Shown: positions 38,042-51,038, numbered from the stretch's first letter. The stretch: DNA of 64,000 nucleotides from Methanocaldococcus indicus (GCF_049554935.1 NZ_CP186926.1:512001-576000); one strand, 5' to 3'. Translations and numbers: made by a program. The notes: generated from the sequence alone by a model not told the origin.

Positions 38042-39873
38042 ATGAAATTGTAAATAATGGATTCTGTGCAGCTTGTTCAATATGTTCTGTTGTATGTCCT
38101 AATAATTTAATAGATTTTGATAACAAACCATTTTTAAAAGATGAATGTTTAAGAAAAGGGCATGGAATGTGTTATGAAGTTTGTCCAAGAGTCTCATCTG
38201 GAAAGTATCAAATTAAAATTAGAGAAGGATTTAAAGAGGAGTATTATTATGGAAAAGGAGATATAGAAGGACAAGATGGGGGTGTTGTAACTACTTTTTT
38301 AAAATATTTAATTGAAAATAAAAAGATTGATGGAGCTATTATTGTAGCAAGAGATGAGTATTGGAAACCTATTTCAATGATAGTTCAGACAGCTGATGAC
38401 ATAATAAAAGGAGCAAAATCAAAATACACAATATCAACTATGGAAGCTTTAAGAAAAGCAGGGGAGTTAGGTTTAAAAAAGGTTGCAGTTGTTGGATTAC
38501 CTTGCCAAGTTAATGCATTAAGAAAAATTAAATATTTCCCATATCTCTCCAAGCATGATTTTGAATTGGGAAGAGATGGTAAGCCCACAAAATTACCAAA
38601 AATTGAGTATTTAATTGGATTATTCTGTATGGAGAAGTTTGAATACAACAACTTTAAAGAAGTTTTAGAAAAACATAATATAAATATAAAAGATGTTAAG
38701 AAGTTTGACATTAAAAAAGGAAAGTTGTTAGTCTATTTAGATAATGAAGTTAAAGAGATTAAATTAAGTGAATTTAAAGTATTAGATGGATGTAAAGTTT
38801 GTAGAGACTTTACAGCTGAGTTGGCAGATATTTCAGTAGGTTCTGTTGGTTCTCCTGATGGATATTCAACTATCATTATAAGAACTGAGAAAGGAGAAGA
38901 AATTAAAAAGGCTATTGAATTAAAAGAAGGAGTTGATATTGAAAAAATAGAAAAATTAAAAGAGAAAAAACTAAAAAGATTTAAAGAAGAAATAAATAGA
39001 AGAAAAGAAAATAATGAATTCATCTCATACTATTGGGCTACTGATTATGGAGGAGTTAAAAAAAGAGGAGATGGAAAATTCTTTATAAGAGTTAGAGCTA
39101 AGCCAGCAGGATTTTATACAATTGATGAAATAGAAGGAATTTTAAAAGTAGCCAAAAAATACAATGCTGAAATAAAAACAACTGATAGAGGTGGATTTGA
39201 GCTTCATAAAGTAGATGGTTATTATATTGATGATATTATAAAAGAATTAAAAGAACTAAACATAACAACTGGCTCTGAAGGTCCATTGGTTAGAGCTGTC
39301 TTAGCATGTCCAGGATATTTAAATTGTGGAAATGGTTTAATTGAAACTAAAAAAATAGCTGAAATTATAGAAGAAAAATTTAAAGAGTATCCATCTGAAA
39401 ATAAATTTAAAATTTCTATAAGTGGATGCCCAAGTATGTGTGTTAGAGCAAATATCCATGATATTGGAATTGTAGGGGTAAAAATTCCAAAAGTAAATGA
39501 TAAATGTGTTGGATGTGGCAGATGTTATGAAACTTGCCCTGTAGAGGCAATTTATATAAGAGGAGAAACTTCATACACTAACTATAACATCTGTGTTGGA
39601 TGTGGAAAATGTATTAAAAACTGTCCAAATGAAGGTAGAGAGGCAAAATTTGAAGGATTTAGAATATATATTGGTGGAAAATCCGGAAGAACAGTTTATG
39701 AAGGATTCAGTTATTTAATTGAGAGAGATGTAGATAAAGTTTTAAAAATTATTGAAAATACACTAAAAACATATAAGAAATATACAGATAAAGTCCAAAG
39801 AGAAAGATTAGCTCATGTCATTAGAAAAGTAGGAGTAGAAAACTTCTTAAAAGAAGTTTTTGATAATATTTAA
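38026..39873 (+). CDS. fsr: F420-dependent sulfite reductase (Fsr) homolog, probable F420-dependent nitrite reductase
   Basis: N-terminal FrhB-like half (EWKLNEIV, GQDGGVVT, VGLPCQ) fused to siroheme half (ACPG..NC, SGCPSMC) with ferredoxin insert. Confidence 0.88.
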   Translation: MEWKLNEIVNNGFCAACSICSVVCPNNLIDFDNKPFLKDECLRKGHGMCYEVCPRVSSGKYQIKIREGFKEEYYYGKGDIEGQDGGVVTTFLKYLIENKKIDGAIIVARDEYWKPISMIVQTADDIIKGAKSKYTISTMEALRKAGELGLKKVAVVGLPCQVNALRKIKYFPYLSKHDFELGRDGKPTKLPKIEYLIGLFCMEKFEYNNFKEVLEKHNINIKDVKKFDIKKGKLLVYLDNEVKEIKLSEFKVLDGCKVCRDFTAELADISVGSVGSPDGYSTIIIRTEKGEEIKKAIELKEGVDIEKIEKLKEKKLKRFKEEINRRKENNEFISYYWATDYGGVKKRGDGKFFIRVRAKPAGFYTIDEIEGILKVAKKYNAEIKTTDRGGFELHKVDGYYIDDIIKELKELNITTGSEGPLVRAVLACPGYLNCGNGLIETKKIAEIIEEKFKEYPSENKFKISISGCPSMCVRANIHDIGIVGVKIPKVNDKCVGCGRCYETCPVEAIYIRGETSYTNYNICVGCGKCIKNCPNEGREAKFEGFRIYIGGKSGRTVYEGFSYLIERDVDKVLKIIENTLKTYKKYTDKVQRERLAHVIRKVGVENFLKEVFDNI

Positions 39874-39886
39874 AAATAAATTTTTT

Positions 39887-40756
39887 TTATTGAATTTTAA
39901 TTCCTCTCTTTGTTCTTATTTCTTTAAATTTCTCTCTTAATTTTTTTGTTATTTCTCCAACTTTTTTGTTGTTAATTACTCTACCATCTACTTCAAAAAC
40001 TGGAACTATCTCAGCTGCTGTTCCAGTTATAAATAATTCATCAGCTGTATATAAATCATGTAGTGTTAAAGGAACTTCTCTAACTTCTATACCTTCCTCC
40101 TTAGCCAATTCAATAACAACATCTCTTGTAATTCCTTTTAAAATACTTTGATATTCTGGAGGTGTCTTTAAAACTCCATTTTTAACAACAAATATATTAT
40201 CTCCTGTTCCTTCAACAACAAAACCTTTATCATCCAATAAAAAAGCTTCATCTACATTTGCATAGTTTGCCTGAATCTTAGCTAATATACTATTTAAATA
40301 ATTCAAAGATTTAACAGCTGGATTTAAAACATCTACTGGCAATCTTCTAACAGAAACAGTTATAGCTCTAATTCCATCCTCCCCCAACAATGGCTCCATT
40401 GGAACAGCTATACAGAAGATAGTTGGTTCTTTACATTTTCTTGGGTCTAATCCTAAATCACCTACACCTCTTGTTACTACTAACCTAATATAAGCATCTT
40501 TTAAATTGTTCTCTTTTAGAGTGTTTATAACAACATCAATCATCTCCTCTTTTGTTAGAGGTATATCTAAGCAAATAGATTTTGCAGAATCATACAACCT
40601 ATCTATATGCTCCTTCAACATAAAAACTACTCCATCATAAGCCCTAATTCCTTCAAATACCCCATCCCCATATAGAAGTCCATGGTCAAAAACAGATATT
40701 TTAGCTTCTTCCTTACTAACAAATTTTCCATTTAAATAAATTTTCAAAATTATCAC
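39887..40756 (-). CDS. ilvE: Branched-chain amino acid aminotransferase
   Basis: [42 protein letters not shown]. Confidence 0.95.
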   Translation of the reverse strand: MIILKIYLNGKFVSKEEAKISVFDHGLLYGDGVFEGIRAYDGVVFMLKEHIDRLYDSAKSICLDIPLTKEEMIDVVINTLKENNLKDAYIRLVVTRGVGDLGLDPRKCKEPTIFCIAVPMEPLLGEDGIRAITVSVRRLPVDVLNPAVKSLNYLNSILAKIQANYANVDEAFLLDDKGFVVEGTGDNIFVVKNGVLKTPPEYQSILKGITRDVVIELAKEEGIEVREVPLTLHDLYTADELFITGTAAEIVPVFEVDGRVINNKKVGEITKKLREKFKEIRTKRGIKIQ

Positions 40757-40882
40757 CTCAAATAATTAAATTTGAAAATTATAAATTTAAGAATTACTAT
40801 TTTAAAAAGTTGAAAGTTAAATATAAAATTAATTGTTTTATTGAATTTATAATAATTTATTTAATTATGATGAGGTGAAAAT

Positions 40883-42823
40883 ATGAGATACTTGATAACA
40901 ACAGCTTTGGCTTATACTAATGGACCATTACATTTAGGGCATGTTAGAAGTACCTACATTCCAGCAGATATTCTATATAAATATTTAAAATTGAAGGGAG
41001 AAGATGTTATACATGTTGGAGGAACTGATAACCATGGTGTCCCAATTTTATTAAAAGCTGAAAAAGAAGGTAAAAATCCTGAGGAAATTGTTGAAAAGTA
41101 TCATAATGAAATAAAAAGGGATTTAGATAGCTTAAATATTGAGTTTGATGCCTTTGGGAAGACACACAGTCCTATACATATAAAAACTGCCCAAGAATTC
41201 TTTTTAAAACTTTTAGAAAATGGATATATTTATGAGAAAGAGATAGAGCAGTTTTACTGTGAAAGTTGTAAAAAGTTCCTACCTGATAGATATGTTGAAG
41301 GTATATGCCCATACTGTGGTGGAGAAGCAAGAGGAGACCATTGTGAAAGTTGTGGAAGACACTTAGAACCTTATGAATTAAAAGAAGTTAGATGTGTTTT
41401 ATGTGGAAATAAACCAGTAATAAAGAGAACAAAACACTACTTCTTTAAGTTATCTGCTTTAAAAGAGGAATTAGAGAATTATATAAAAAATTCCAAAGAA
41501 ATGCCAGAGCATGTAAAAAACTTAGCTTTAAATTGGATTAAAGAATTAAGAGATTGGGACGTTTCAAGAGATATTAGTTGGGGAGTTCCTATCCCAGGAA
41601 GTAATCAAGTTATGTATGTTTGGTTAGAAGCTCCAATAGGATATATAAGCTTTACAAAGATGTTGGGAGATATTTGGAAAAAGTATTGGTTAGAGGATTG
41701 TAAGATTTACCACTTTATTGGAAAAGATATAACTGTCCATCATGCTGTCTTTTGGCCAGGGATGTTAATAGCTCATGGCTCTTACAACTTACCAACAGCA
41801 GTAGTAAGTGGAGGATATTTAACATTAGAAGGAAAAAAGATGAGCACAAGTAAAAACTGGGTTATTTGGGTAAATGATTTTGTTAAATATATTGAGGGAG
41901 ATTATTTAAGATACTATTTAGTTATGGCAGCTCCTCTCTTTAAAGATTGTGACTTTTCATTTGATGATTTTAAAGCTAAAATAAACAATGAACTAATAAA
42001 CATTATTGGAAACTTTACACATAGAGTTTTAACATTCACACATAGAAAGTTTAAAGAGATTCCTATTGTTAATGAGGAAGAGTTAAAAGAAGAGGATAAG
42101 GGGTTTTTAAAGTTAATAAATAAGACAGTTGAAGATGTAGATAATTTAATTAGAACATTTAAATTTAGAGATGCATTAGTAAAAATCTTACATTTAGCAA
42201 GTGAAGGTAATACATACTTCCAAAAGATGGAGCCATGGAATATTAAAGATGATGAAAGATTAAAGCAAATACTATACTGCTGTTGTAAAGCTGTTAAAAC
42301 TATATCTTATCTACTATATTCCTACATGCCAAACAAATCTAAACAACTTTTAGAGTTAATGAATGAAGAATTAGATTTAAATTTGAGAGGAAATAAATTA
42401 AAAAAACCTAAAATTATATTTAAAAAGGTAGATGAAGAGGTTGAAAAATTAAAAAATCTCTTATACTCTAATAAAGATAATAATGGTGAAAAAATGGATT
42501 TAATAAGTATAGATGACTTTGCTAAGATTGATTTAAGAGTTGGAAAAATTATAGAAGCAGAAGATATTCCAAAATCTAAAAAATTGTTAAAAGTTATAGT
42601 TGATTTGGGTAATGAAAAGAGGCAAATTGTTGCTGGAATTAAAAACTACTATAAACCAGAGGAATTAATTGGAAAAAAAGTTATTATTGTTGCTAATTTA
42701 AAACCAGCTAAGTTGTGTGGAGTAAAATCTGAAGGAATGATTTTAGCAGCTGAAGATGATGAAGGTAATGTGAGCTTATTAACATTAGATAGAGATTTAA
42801 AAGAAGGTAGTAAAGTTAGATAA
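40883..42823 (+). CDS. metG: Methionine--tRNA ligase
   Basis: HLGH, Zn knuckles, YVWLEA, KMSTS, C-terminal tRNA-binding domain (KSEGMIL). Confidence 0.97.
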   Translation: MRYLITTALAYTNGPLHLGHVRSTYIPADILYKYLKLKGEDVIHVGGTDNHGVPILLKAEKEGKNPEEIVEKYHNEIKRDLDSLNIEFDAFGKTHSPIHIKTAQEFFLKLLENGYIYEKEIEQFYCESCKKFLPDRYVEGICPYCGGEARGDHCESCGRHLEPYELKEVRCVLCGNKPVIKRTKHYFFKLSALKEELENYIKNSKEMPEHVKNLALNWIKELRDWDVSRDISWGVPIPGSNQVMYVWLEAPIGYISFTKMLGDIWKKYWLEDCKIYHFIGKDITVHHAVFWPGMLIAHGSYNLPTAVVSGGYLTLEGKKMSTSKNWVIWVNDFVKYIEGDYLRYYLVMAAPLFKDCDFSFDDFKAKINNELINIIGNFTHRVLTFTHRKFKEIPIVNEEELKEEDKGFLKLINKTVEDVDNLIRTFKFRDALVKILHLASEGNTYFQKMEPWNIKDDERLKQILYCCCKAVKTISYLLYSYMPNKSKQLLELMNEELDLNLRGNKLKKPKIIFKKVDEEVEKLKNLLYSNKDNNGEKMDLISIDDFAKIDLRVGKIIEAEDIPKSKKLLKVIVDLGNEKRQIVAGIKNYYKPEELIGKKVIIVANLKPAKLCGVKSEGMILAAEDDEGNVSLLTLDRDLKEGSKVR

Positions 42824-42835
42824 TTTTTAATTATT

Positions 42836-44122
42836 TTATTCTTTTAATAGTTCTAACTCATCTTCATTTGGAATATACCTTATTATTTTGCTTCCTGGTT
42901 TTAGTGTATATAGAAGAGCTCTATCAGTATAGTTTAATATTAAATGCATTAATTCATCTCCTCTTATTCTCAAATGTCCTAATGAGCATGCTACTTCATT
43001 AAATTCATTAACTTCATCAACTCTCACATTCTTTCCATAAAACAGTATTGGGACAGATTCACCAGAATGGATTAAATTACCTCCTGAAGGTGTTGAGTGG
43101 TCAGCAGTAATTATTAGCAAGTCATCATCTCTTAATTTTAAATTTTTAAGAGATTTATCAATTTTTTCAATAACTTTAACTTTATTTATTGGATTTTTTG
43201 TATGTGCTGCCTCATCTGTCTCTTTTGTATGCAGATGTATAAAATCATAATTTAAATTAGGTATCATCTTCAATCCTTCCTCAAAACTACTAATCTTTAT
43301 AAAATCAAAGCCCAAATATTTTGCTAAACCCCTAAATAATGAGCTTTCAGCTAATATAACACCTTTCATCCCCCATTTTTCTTTAAAACTTTCAACTTTT
43401 TTATATCTTGATGACCATTTTGTTAATAAAAAATTGGCTGGCATTTTATTACTCCTAATTCTTAAAACATTAATTCTATGATTTTTTAGAATTTTATAAA
43501 CTTTAATTAGATATTTATTTAAGACTTTTGCTGTTTCTTTTGCTTTTTTTAGTTCATCTACATTTTTACATAGTTCCTTAATTGGCTGAACTTTTAAAAC
43601 ATGTCTATTTTTATAAAACGGGTCTGAATCAGAAATTTTTTCAGAGATAAAATTATTTTTTTCAGATATTTTTAAAATAAAATGCACATCAAAAGAATAG
43701 TATAATTCAAATTTATATCCATCTAAGTATGTAGGAAAATCATTTATTAACTTCTCAATTTCCTCCTTCTCTATATTTTTTGTTCTTCTATCTAAAACAA
43801 GAAATCCTTTTTCATCTTCTTTAACATAGCCTAATGAAGCTCTCAAATATATTGCATTCTCATCAATATCGATATCCTCTCCCAAAGCTTCAATAACTCC
43901 TCTACCAGGAAAATCCTCTATTTTATAGCCCCAAAGTAAAAAATGAGCAATCTCTGTTCCTAAAGGAACTCCTTCTTTGTAAGGTATGTATAAGCCACAC
44001 ATACCTTTTTTAGCTAAGTTATCTAAATTTGGAGTTTTTGCATATTGTAGAGGTGTCTTATTATCTAAAATTTCAAATGCTCTATCCCCTAATCCATCCA
44101 ATAAAATTACTATTGCTCTCAT
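42836..44122 (-). CDS. apgM: Cofactor-independent phosphoglycerate mutase-like protein (ApgM paralog)
   Basis: LLDGLGDR, KTPL..AKTPNLD, GRGVIEALG, DEAAH, TADHSTP. Confidence 0.8.
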   Translation of the reverse strand: MRAIVILLDGLGDRAFEILDNKTPLQYAKTPNLDNLAKKGMCGLYIPYKEGVPLGTEIAHFLLWGYKIEDFPGRGVIEALGEDIDIDENAIYLRASLGYVKEDEKGFLVLDRRTKNIEKEEIEKLINDFPTYLDGYKFELYYSFDVHFILKISEKNNFISEKISDSDPFYKNRHVLKVQPIKELCKNVDELKKAKETAKVLNKYLIKVYKILKNHRINVLRIRSNKMPANFLLTKWSSRYKKVESFKEKWGMKGVILAESSLFRGLAKYLGFDFIKISSFEEGLKMIPNLNYDFIHLHTKETDEAAHTKNPINKVKVIEKIDKSLKNLKLRDDDLLIITADHSTPSGGNLIHSGESVPILFYGKNVRVDEVNEFNEVACSLGHLRIRGDELMHLILNYTDRALLYTLKPGSKIIRYIPNEDELELLKE

Positions 44123-44163
44123 TATTATCTTACATATAATTATTTTTTTATAATTATATTTAA

Positions 44164-44997
44164 CTATATTATATAATTTTTTGTTATTTCAATATAGTTG
44201 AAGTTTCCTTTATATCCCTCTTTAACTATATCTATTGAGGAAGGTATTATATATTCATTTAAAAATTTAACAACTTTATCCTTCTCATAAATAACTTTTC
44301 CATCTACATCTCTATAATTCTTACTAAAAACACATGAAAACTGTTTTTTTCCTTGCTCCCAATCCTCACCAACTATCTCTTTTATTTTCTTACCTTCTTT
44401 AATATTAACTATTGGCATTAACAAATTGATATTAAATTCTTCACAAATCTTTTTATAAGCTGTTAAAACTTCTTCTGTTTGGTCAATTTTAAAATCATTG
44501 TCATGGAACAACCTTTCTCCACATATAATTTTATTACCTAACTGTCTTGCTAATGGAATTCTTAAAATTCTTAGATAAGAATGACAACCTATACATGGTG
44601 TATAAAATCCATATTTTTTTATTAAGAGAGCTATCCATCTACCATTTAATGCATGCCAGAGTTCTGGCTCAAACATAAAATGTAAAGGTAATAAAATACT
44701 ATCTTTGTTAATCTCTCTCATCCTTTTATATGTTGTCTCCCAATTTTTGTAGAATATATTTATATCTCCATAATCAGTCCCAGTAAATCCAACAATTGGT
44801 AAAACAACATCAATATTGTAGTTTTCAATTGCTTTTATAATAGCTGCTGCACTATCTCTTCCTGAAAATTCACCAATAGCTATTTCACTAAATTTTATAT
44901 TATGCTCTTCAATTATTTTAATAGTTTCATTAGATAGCTCTAAACTATTAAATGATTTTTTAAAATCAATAAAATTATCAATATCCATGTTTATCAA
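44164..44997 (-). CDS. Hypothetical adenine-nucleotide alpha-hydrolase-like protein
   Basis: PP-loop-like EFSGRDSAAA and PCIGCH motif. Confidence 0.65.
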   Translation of the reverse strand: MINMDIDNFIDFKKSFNSLELSNETIKIIEEHNIKFSEIAIGEFSGRDSAAAIIKAIENYNIDVVLPIVGFTGTDYGDINIFYKNWETTYKRMREINKDSILLPLHFMFEPELWHALNGRWIALLIKKYGFYTPCIGCHSYLRILRIPLARQLGNKIICGERLFHDNDFKIDQTEEVLTAYKKICEEFNINLLMPIVNIKEGKKIKEIVGEDWEQGKKQFSCVFSKNYRDVDGKVIYEKDKVVKFLNEYIIPSSIDIVKEGYKGNFNYIEITKNYII

Positions 44998-45665
44998 ATT
45001 TTTTCACCAATAAATTGTTTTATGTATCCTCTAATCATTTTTTCTGTATTTAATATTTCATCTATGTTCATAAGCTCTATTAAAAATATATTACACTTAA
45101 TATCTAATAGAGCATCCAATATTTTTTTAAGATTATTGAGATTTTTAGGAGGTAGATGTTTTCCATCTTTTTCAATTTCATAAATATGTGTGTTATATAC
45201 CCTATCAGAGCATATCTCCAAAAATTCTAATCTATCTTTATAGGGAATATGCCCAACATCATAAGTTATATAACAATCAACAATGTCAGCAATCTCTATT
45301 AAATTGTTTGGATTTGATGAAAATCCTACTCTTAAATTTTCAATACATAGCTTAATATTGTTTTTTTTGGCATACTCATTAATAATTTGTAAATTTTCTA
45401 TTAAATTATCTATATTTATATTTTTAACTCTTCCATTATGCAAATGTATTGTTAAATAGTCAGAACCTCTAATATTCATAATTATATTTTTTAAGATACT
45501 GATACTTTCTTTCTTATCTATATTTAAAATTGGAGCATGATATCCAATAATATTGTTATCTTTTACTATCTTTTGAGAAAAATGTAAGCCCCAATCCATA
45601 TATTTATTCCTTAAAAAAAATTCTTTTTTAGAACGCATGCAAGTTCCAATAATCATATTCATCAA
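44994..45665 (-). CDS. Sugar phosphate isomerase/epimerase (xylose isomerase-like TIM barrel)
   Basis: YHAP, TIH, LCIENL, TYDVGH, THIYE, HLPP. Confidence 0.8.
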   Translation of the reverse strand: MMNMIIGTCMRSKKEFFLRNKYMDWGLHFSQKIVKDNNIIGYHAPILNIDKKESISILKNIIMNIRGSDYLTIHLHNGRVKNINIDNLIENLQIINEYAKKNNIKLCIENLRVGFSSNPNNLIEIADIVDCYITYDVGHIPYKDRLEFLEICSDRVYNTHIYEIEKDGKHLPPKNLNNLKKILDALLDIKCNIFLIELMNIDEILNTEKMIRGYIKQFIGEKI

Positions 45666-45791
45666 AAATATTAATAAAAATTAAGAAATATAAGTATTGA
45701 TATTAAAATTTTTAATAGCAAATTAAACAAGTAAAAAATTATTAATAATTCAAAAATTAAATAAGATTAAAGAAGATAAAGCAAAATTTAG

Positions 45792-47710
<1,919 letters not shown>

Positions 47711-47714
47711 ATTT

Positions 47715-48125
47715 TTACCTATTCCATTTTTTTATATTTTTTATGATTTTGTTAATGTTCTTTTCTTTTTCTTTGTATATGTTATTTAAACTAACTATTG
47801 CATTTGTTGGACAAACATCTTCACATACTTTTTTGTCTAAACTTATACAGTTATCACATTTTATTGCTACTTTTTCTATTCTAATAGCTCCAAATGGACA
47901 AGCAAATGCACATAATCCACATCCTATACATCTATCTTCTAAAATTAAAACTGTTTCATCTTTTTTTACAATTGCATTTATAGGACAAGCTTTTAAACAT
48001 GGTGGATTTTTACAATGAAAACATTTTATTGGATAAGAATAAAAGTATATTGCATTTTTTGGACAAGATTGCTCACAAACTCTACATCTTACACATCTAC
48101 TATAATCTATCATAGCTATCATCAT
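47715..48125 (-). CDS. Multi-[4Fe-4S] ferredoxin-type protein (CooF/HydN-like)
   Basis: [38 protein letters not shown]...CEDVCP. Confidence 0.85.
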   Translation of the reverse strand: MMIAMIDYSRCVRCRVCEQSCPKNAIYFYSYPIKCFHCKNPPCLKACPINAIVKKDETVLILEDRCIGCGLCAFACPFGAIRIEKVAIKCDNCISLDKKVCEDVCPTNAIVSLNNIYKEKEKNINKIIKNIKKWNR

Positions 48126-48625
48126 TCTGAATTGATAAACTCTCTTAACTTATAAACAAGTCTTTTAAAATCTTCAAAATTATTTACTCTTAACTCTCTA
48201 TTTATAGGAAACTTTAAAATTATATCATCAAAAATATTAGTATTTTTTGGATATCTAATCATATAGTAGTATCTTGCTATACAGTTTATTCTATAATTTA
48301 TAATTTCACTTAAATAGTTTAAGCAAGTATTATCATTAACTAAACTCATGAAATTGCTCTTATCATCCTTTAAAAAAGCTATTCCCACCAATACTTTAAT
48401 TATATCAAAACTAATTAACTCATTACTTTCTTTCTGTTTTTTACTAATTTCATATAAGTAGATAGCTAACTCTCTAATATTTTCCCAAGGTAAATTTAAA
48501 TCAACTTCATCAATGTTAATATTCTCTTCTTTAACCTTCCATAATGGAAGTTTTCTGTCCTTATATTTTACTTCATACTCTAAACATAAGTTAAATAAAA
48601 TATCATAAACATCCATAATCTTCAC
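48122..48625 (-). CDS. Hypothetical protein
   Basis: ORF overlapping neighbours in a co-oriented run; no recognised motif. Confidence 0.7.
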   Translation of the reverse strand: MKIMDVYDILFNLCLEYEVKYKDRKLPLWKVKEENINIDEVDLNLPWENIRELAIYLYEISKKQKESNELISFDIIKVLVGIAFLKDDKSNFMSLVNDNTCLNYLSEIINYRINCIARYYYMIRYPKNTNIFDDIILKFPINRELRVNNFEDFKRLVYKLREFINSE

Positions 48626-49196
48626 TTAAAAAATTACTAATCATCTTTAATCCAAATTTTGGAAAGTCCATATTTTTAGATTTTGTTAAAATACTCTCTG
48701 GATGATATTGAACTCCCTCTATTGGAAGTTTTTTATGCCTAACACCCATAATATAGTTATCATCCAAACTTTTAGCAGTTATTTTTAACTCTTTTGGAAC
48801 TTCCTTAGCTATTAAAGAATGATATCTTCCCCCAAAAAATGGATTATCTAAATCTTTATATATCCCCTTTCCATCATGCTCTATTAAAGAAGATTTACCA
48901 TGCATTACTCTATCAGCTCTTCCAACAACTCCTCCAAAAGCTTCAACAATACATTGATGCCCTAAACATACTCCTAATATGGGTATATCTATTTCCTGTA
49001 TAATTCTTATACAATTTCCAGCCTCTTTTGGAGTTTTTGGTCCAGGGCTAATAATTATCCTATCAGGATTTATCTTTTTTATCTCTGAGAGAGTTATCTT
49101 ATTATCAACTAACTTAACCTTATGTCCTAATGTCCCAACATATTGAACTAAATTCCACACAAATGAATCAATATTATCAATAATTAATACTTTCAT
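48603..49196 (-). CDS. trpG: Anthranilate synthase component II (class I glutamine amidotransferase)
   Basis: IDNIDSF, ISPGP, GVCLGHQ, RYHSL, QYHPES. Confidence 0.9.
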   Translation of the reverse strand: MKVLIIDNIDSFVWNLVQYVGTLGHKVKLVDNKITLSEIKKINPDRIIISPGPKTPKEAGNCIRIIQEIDIPILGVCLGHQCIVEAFGGVVGRADRVMHGKSSLIEHDGKGIYKDLDNPFFGGRYHSLIAKEVPKELKITAKSLDDNYIMGVRHKKLPIEGVQYHPESILTKSKNMDFPKFGLKMISNFLSEDYGCL

Positions 49197-49200
49197 AATT

Positions 49201-50322
49201 TCACATAAATAAATCTTTTATTATTTCCATAGCTTTTTCAATATCTTCATACTTTGTAGCATAACTAAACCTTATATATTTATCATCTCCAAAAGCTCTT
49301 CCTGGGACACATAATACACCATTTTGAATAATTTTTTTAGCTACTTCTTTTCCCTCACCATATTCAGAAACATCTGGGAAGATATAGAAAGTTCCTTCTG
49401 GCTTATAAACTTTAAATATTTCTTTTAAATTTTTATATATTAGGTTTCTTCTTCTCTCAAATTCCTTAACCATATCTTTAACACATTCTTGACTACATCT
49501 TAAAGCAGCTAATGCACCATACTGGGCAAAAGTAGTACAACAAGCAAAACCATACTGATGGATTTTTAGCATATTCTCAATTAAATTAAGCTCTTTATTG
49601 AGATTATCACTAACTGCTAAGTATCCTATTCTCCAACCAGTCATGGCATAAGTTTTTGAGAAACTATTTATTAAAATAGCTCTATCAGTAAATTGTAAAG
49701 GTGAATAGTGTTTTTTTTCATAAACTATTTTATCATAAACTTCATCAGATAAAATAATTAAATTATAATCCTCAGCTAAGTCACATAATGCCTTTATATC
49801 TTTCTTATCATAAACTTTACCAGTAGGATTTGTTGGAGAATTAAAAATAATTAATTTAGTTTTTTTGTCTATTTTTTCTTTTATATCTTCTATATCAAAA
49901 TTAAAGTTGTTATCTAAACCTATCTTTATAGGAATTCCCTCAGCTAATTTAATAAGTGAGAGATAAGAGACAAAATAAGGATTGAAGATGATAGCTTTCT
50001 CTCCTCTATCTAATAATGATAATATAGATAAAAGTAAAGATTCAGAAGCTCCACAAGTAACTATAATATTTTCTCTATCAATATCTAAGTTATAATCTAA
50101 CTTCAATTTTTTGCTAATCTCTTCTCTCAATTCTAAAATTCCTTTATTATGTGAATAATGTGTTTCTCCCCTATCTAAAGCTTTTTTTGCTTCCTCTACA
50201 ATATGTTTAGGTGTAGAAAAATCAGGCTCACCAATTCCCAAATTTATACTATCTGATTTAGCCAAATTAAAAATTTCCCTTATCTCAGATGGTTCTATAT
50301 TTTTTACCCTGTTAGCTATCAA
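49201..50322 (-). CDS. PLP-dependent class I/II aminotransferase (aspartate aminotransferase-like)
   Basis: GIGEPDF, NSPTNPTG, SDEVY, SFSKTYAMTGWRIG. Confidence 0.92.
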   Translation of the reverse strand: MIANRVKNIEPSEIREIFNLAKSDSINLGIGEPDFSTPKHIVEEAKKALDRGETHYSHNKGILELREEISKKLKLDYNLDIDRENIIVTCGASESLLLSILSLLDRGEKAIIFNPYFVSYLSLIKLAEGIPIKIGLDNNFNFDIEDIKEKIDKKTKLIIFNSPTNPTGKVYDKKDIKALCDLAEDYNLIILSDEVYDKIVYEKKHYSPLQFTDRAILINSFSKTYAMTGWRIGYLAVSDNLNKELNLIENMLKIHQYGFACCTTFAQYGALAALRCSQECVKDMVKEFERRRNLIYKNLKEIFKVYKPEGTFYIFPDVSEYGEGKEVAKKIIQNGVLCVPGRAFGDDKYIRFSYATKYEDIEKAMEIIKDLFM

Positions 50323-50332
50323 TATATACCAC

Positions 50333-50896
50333 CTAAAAGATTAATCTCAATGAGATTATTAAATTTATAAACAGCAGAGTTAATGTAATATAGAGGACTA
50401 ACTTTATATTTTTAAGATTCTGTTTAATTTCAATTTGAGACTTAATAATATTTTTTATTTCATCAGATAATTTTTTAATATTTTCTTCATGTTCTTTTAA
50501 TTTTTGCTCTATTTGTGCCTGTTGTGCATTTATTGCATTTGAAGATTCTTTAAATGAACTTTTAATATTGTCTAGTTCATCCTTTAACTTTAAAAGGGAT
50601 TTATAAACATCTTCAAATGATTCATTTATGTTTTTAGATACTTTTAAGTAATCTTCAAGTTTTCTTTGTAGTTCAGCAAGTTCTTTTAATGATTTTGAAA
50701 TATTTTCATTAGTAATATTAAGTCCATAATGAGTTTCTGCAATGTAGCTATTTATCTCAGATATTAATGTGTTTATTTTATCTAAAATTTCCTCTACAAC
50801 CAAATCAAAATCTCTAATATTTTTATAATTTTTATCAAGTTCTAAAATTATCTGTTCAATCCAATTGTAATTGTCATTTTTTTTCATCATAACCAC
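50333..50896 (-). CDS. Coiled-coil protein with C-terminal membrane anchor
   Basis: Heptad-rich body; hydrophobic tail LVLYITLTLLFINLIISLRLIF. Confidence 0.7.
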   Translation of the reverse strand: MVMMKKNDNYNWIEQIILELDKNYKNIRDFDLVVEEILDKINTLISEINSYIAETHYGLNITNENISKSLKELAELQRKLEDYLKVSKNINESFEDVYKSLLKLKDELDNIKSSFKESSNAINAQQAQIEQKLKEHEENIKKLSDEIKNIIKSQIEIKQNLKNIKLVLYITLTLLFINLIISLRLIF

Positions 50897-51038
50897 TGGT
50901 TTTTATATTATTCAATAAACTAAAACTAATGGATAATATTTAAAAGCATATTTTATTTTTACTGATAATTTATAAATTCAAATTAGTTTAGAGGTAAAAT
51001 ATATATATTACTACTGTAAATTTTAATTTTTGTCTTTT

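Noticed and set aside
36895-39023. Minus-strand ORFs within narB and fsr
   Set aside because: Antisense shadows with no independent support
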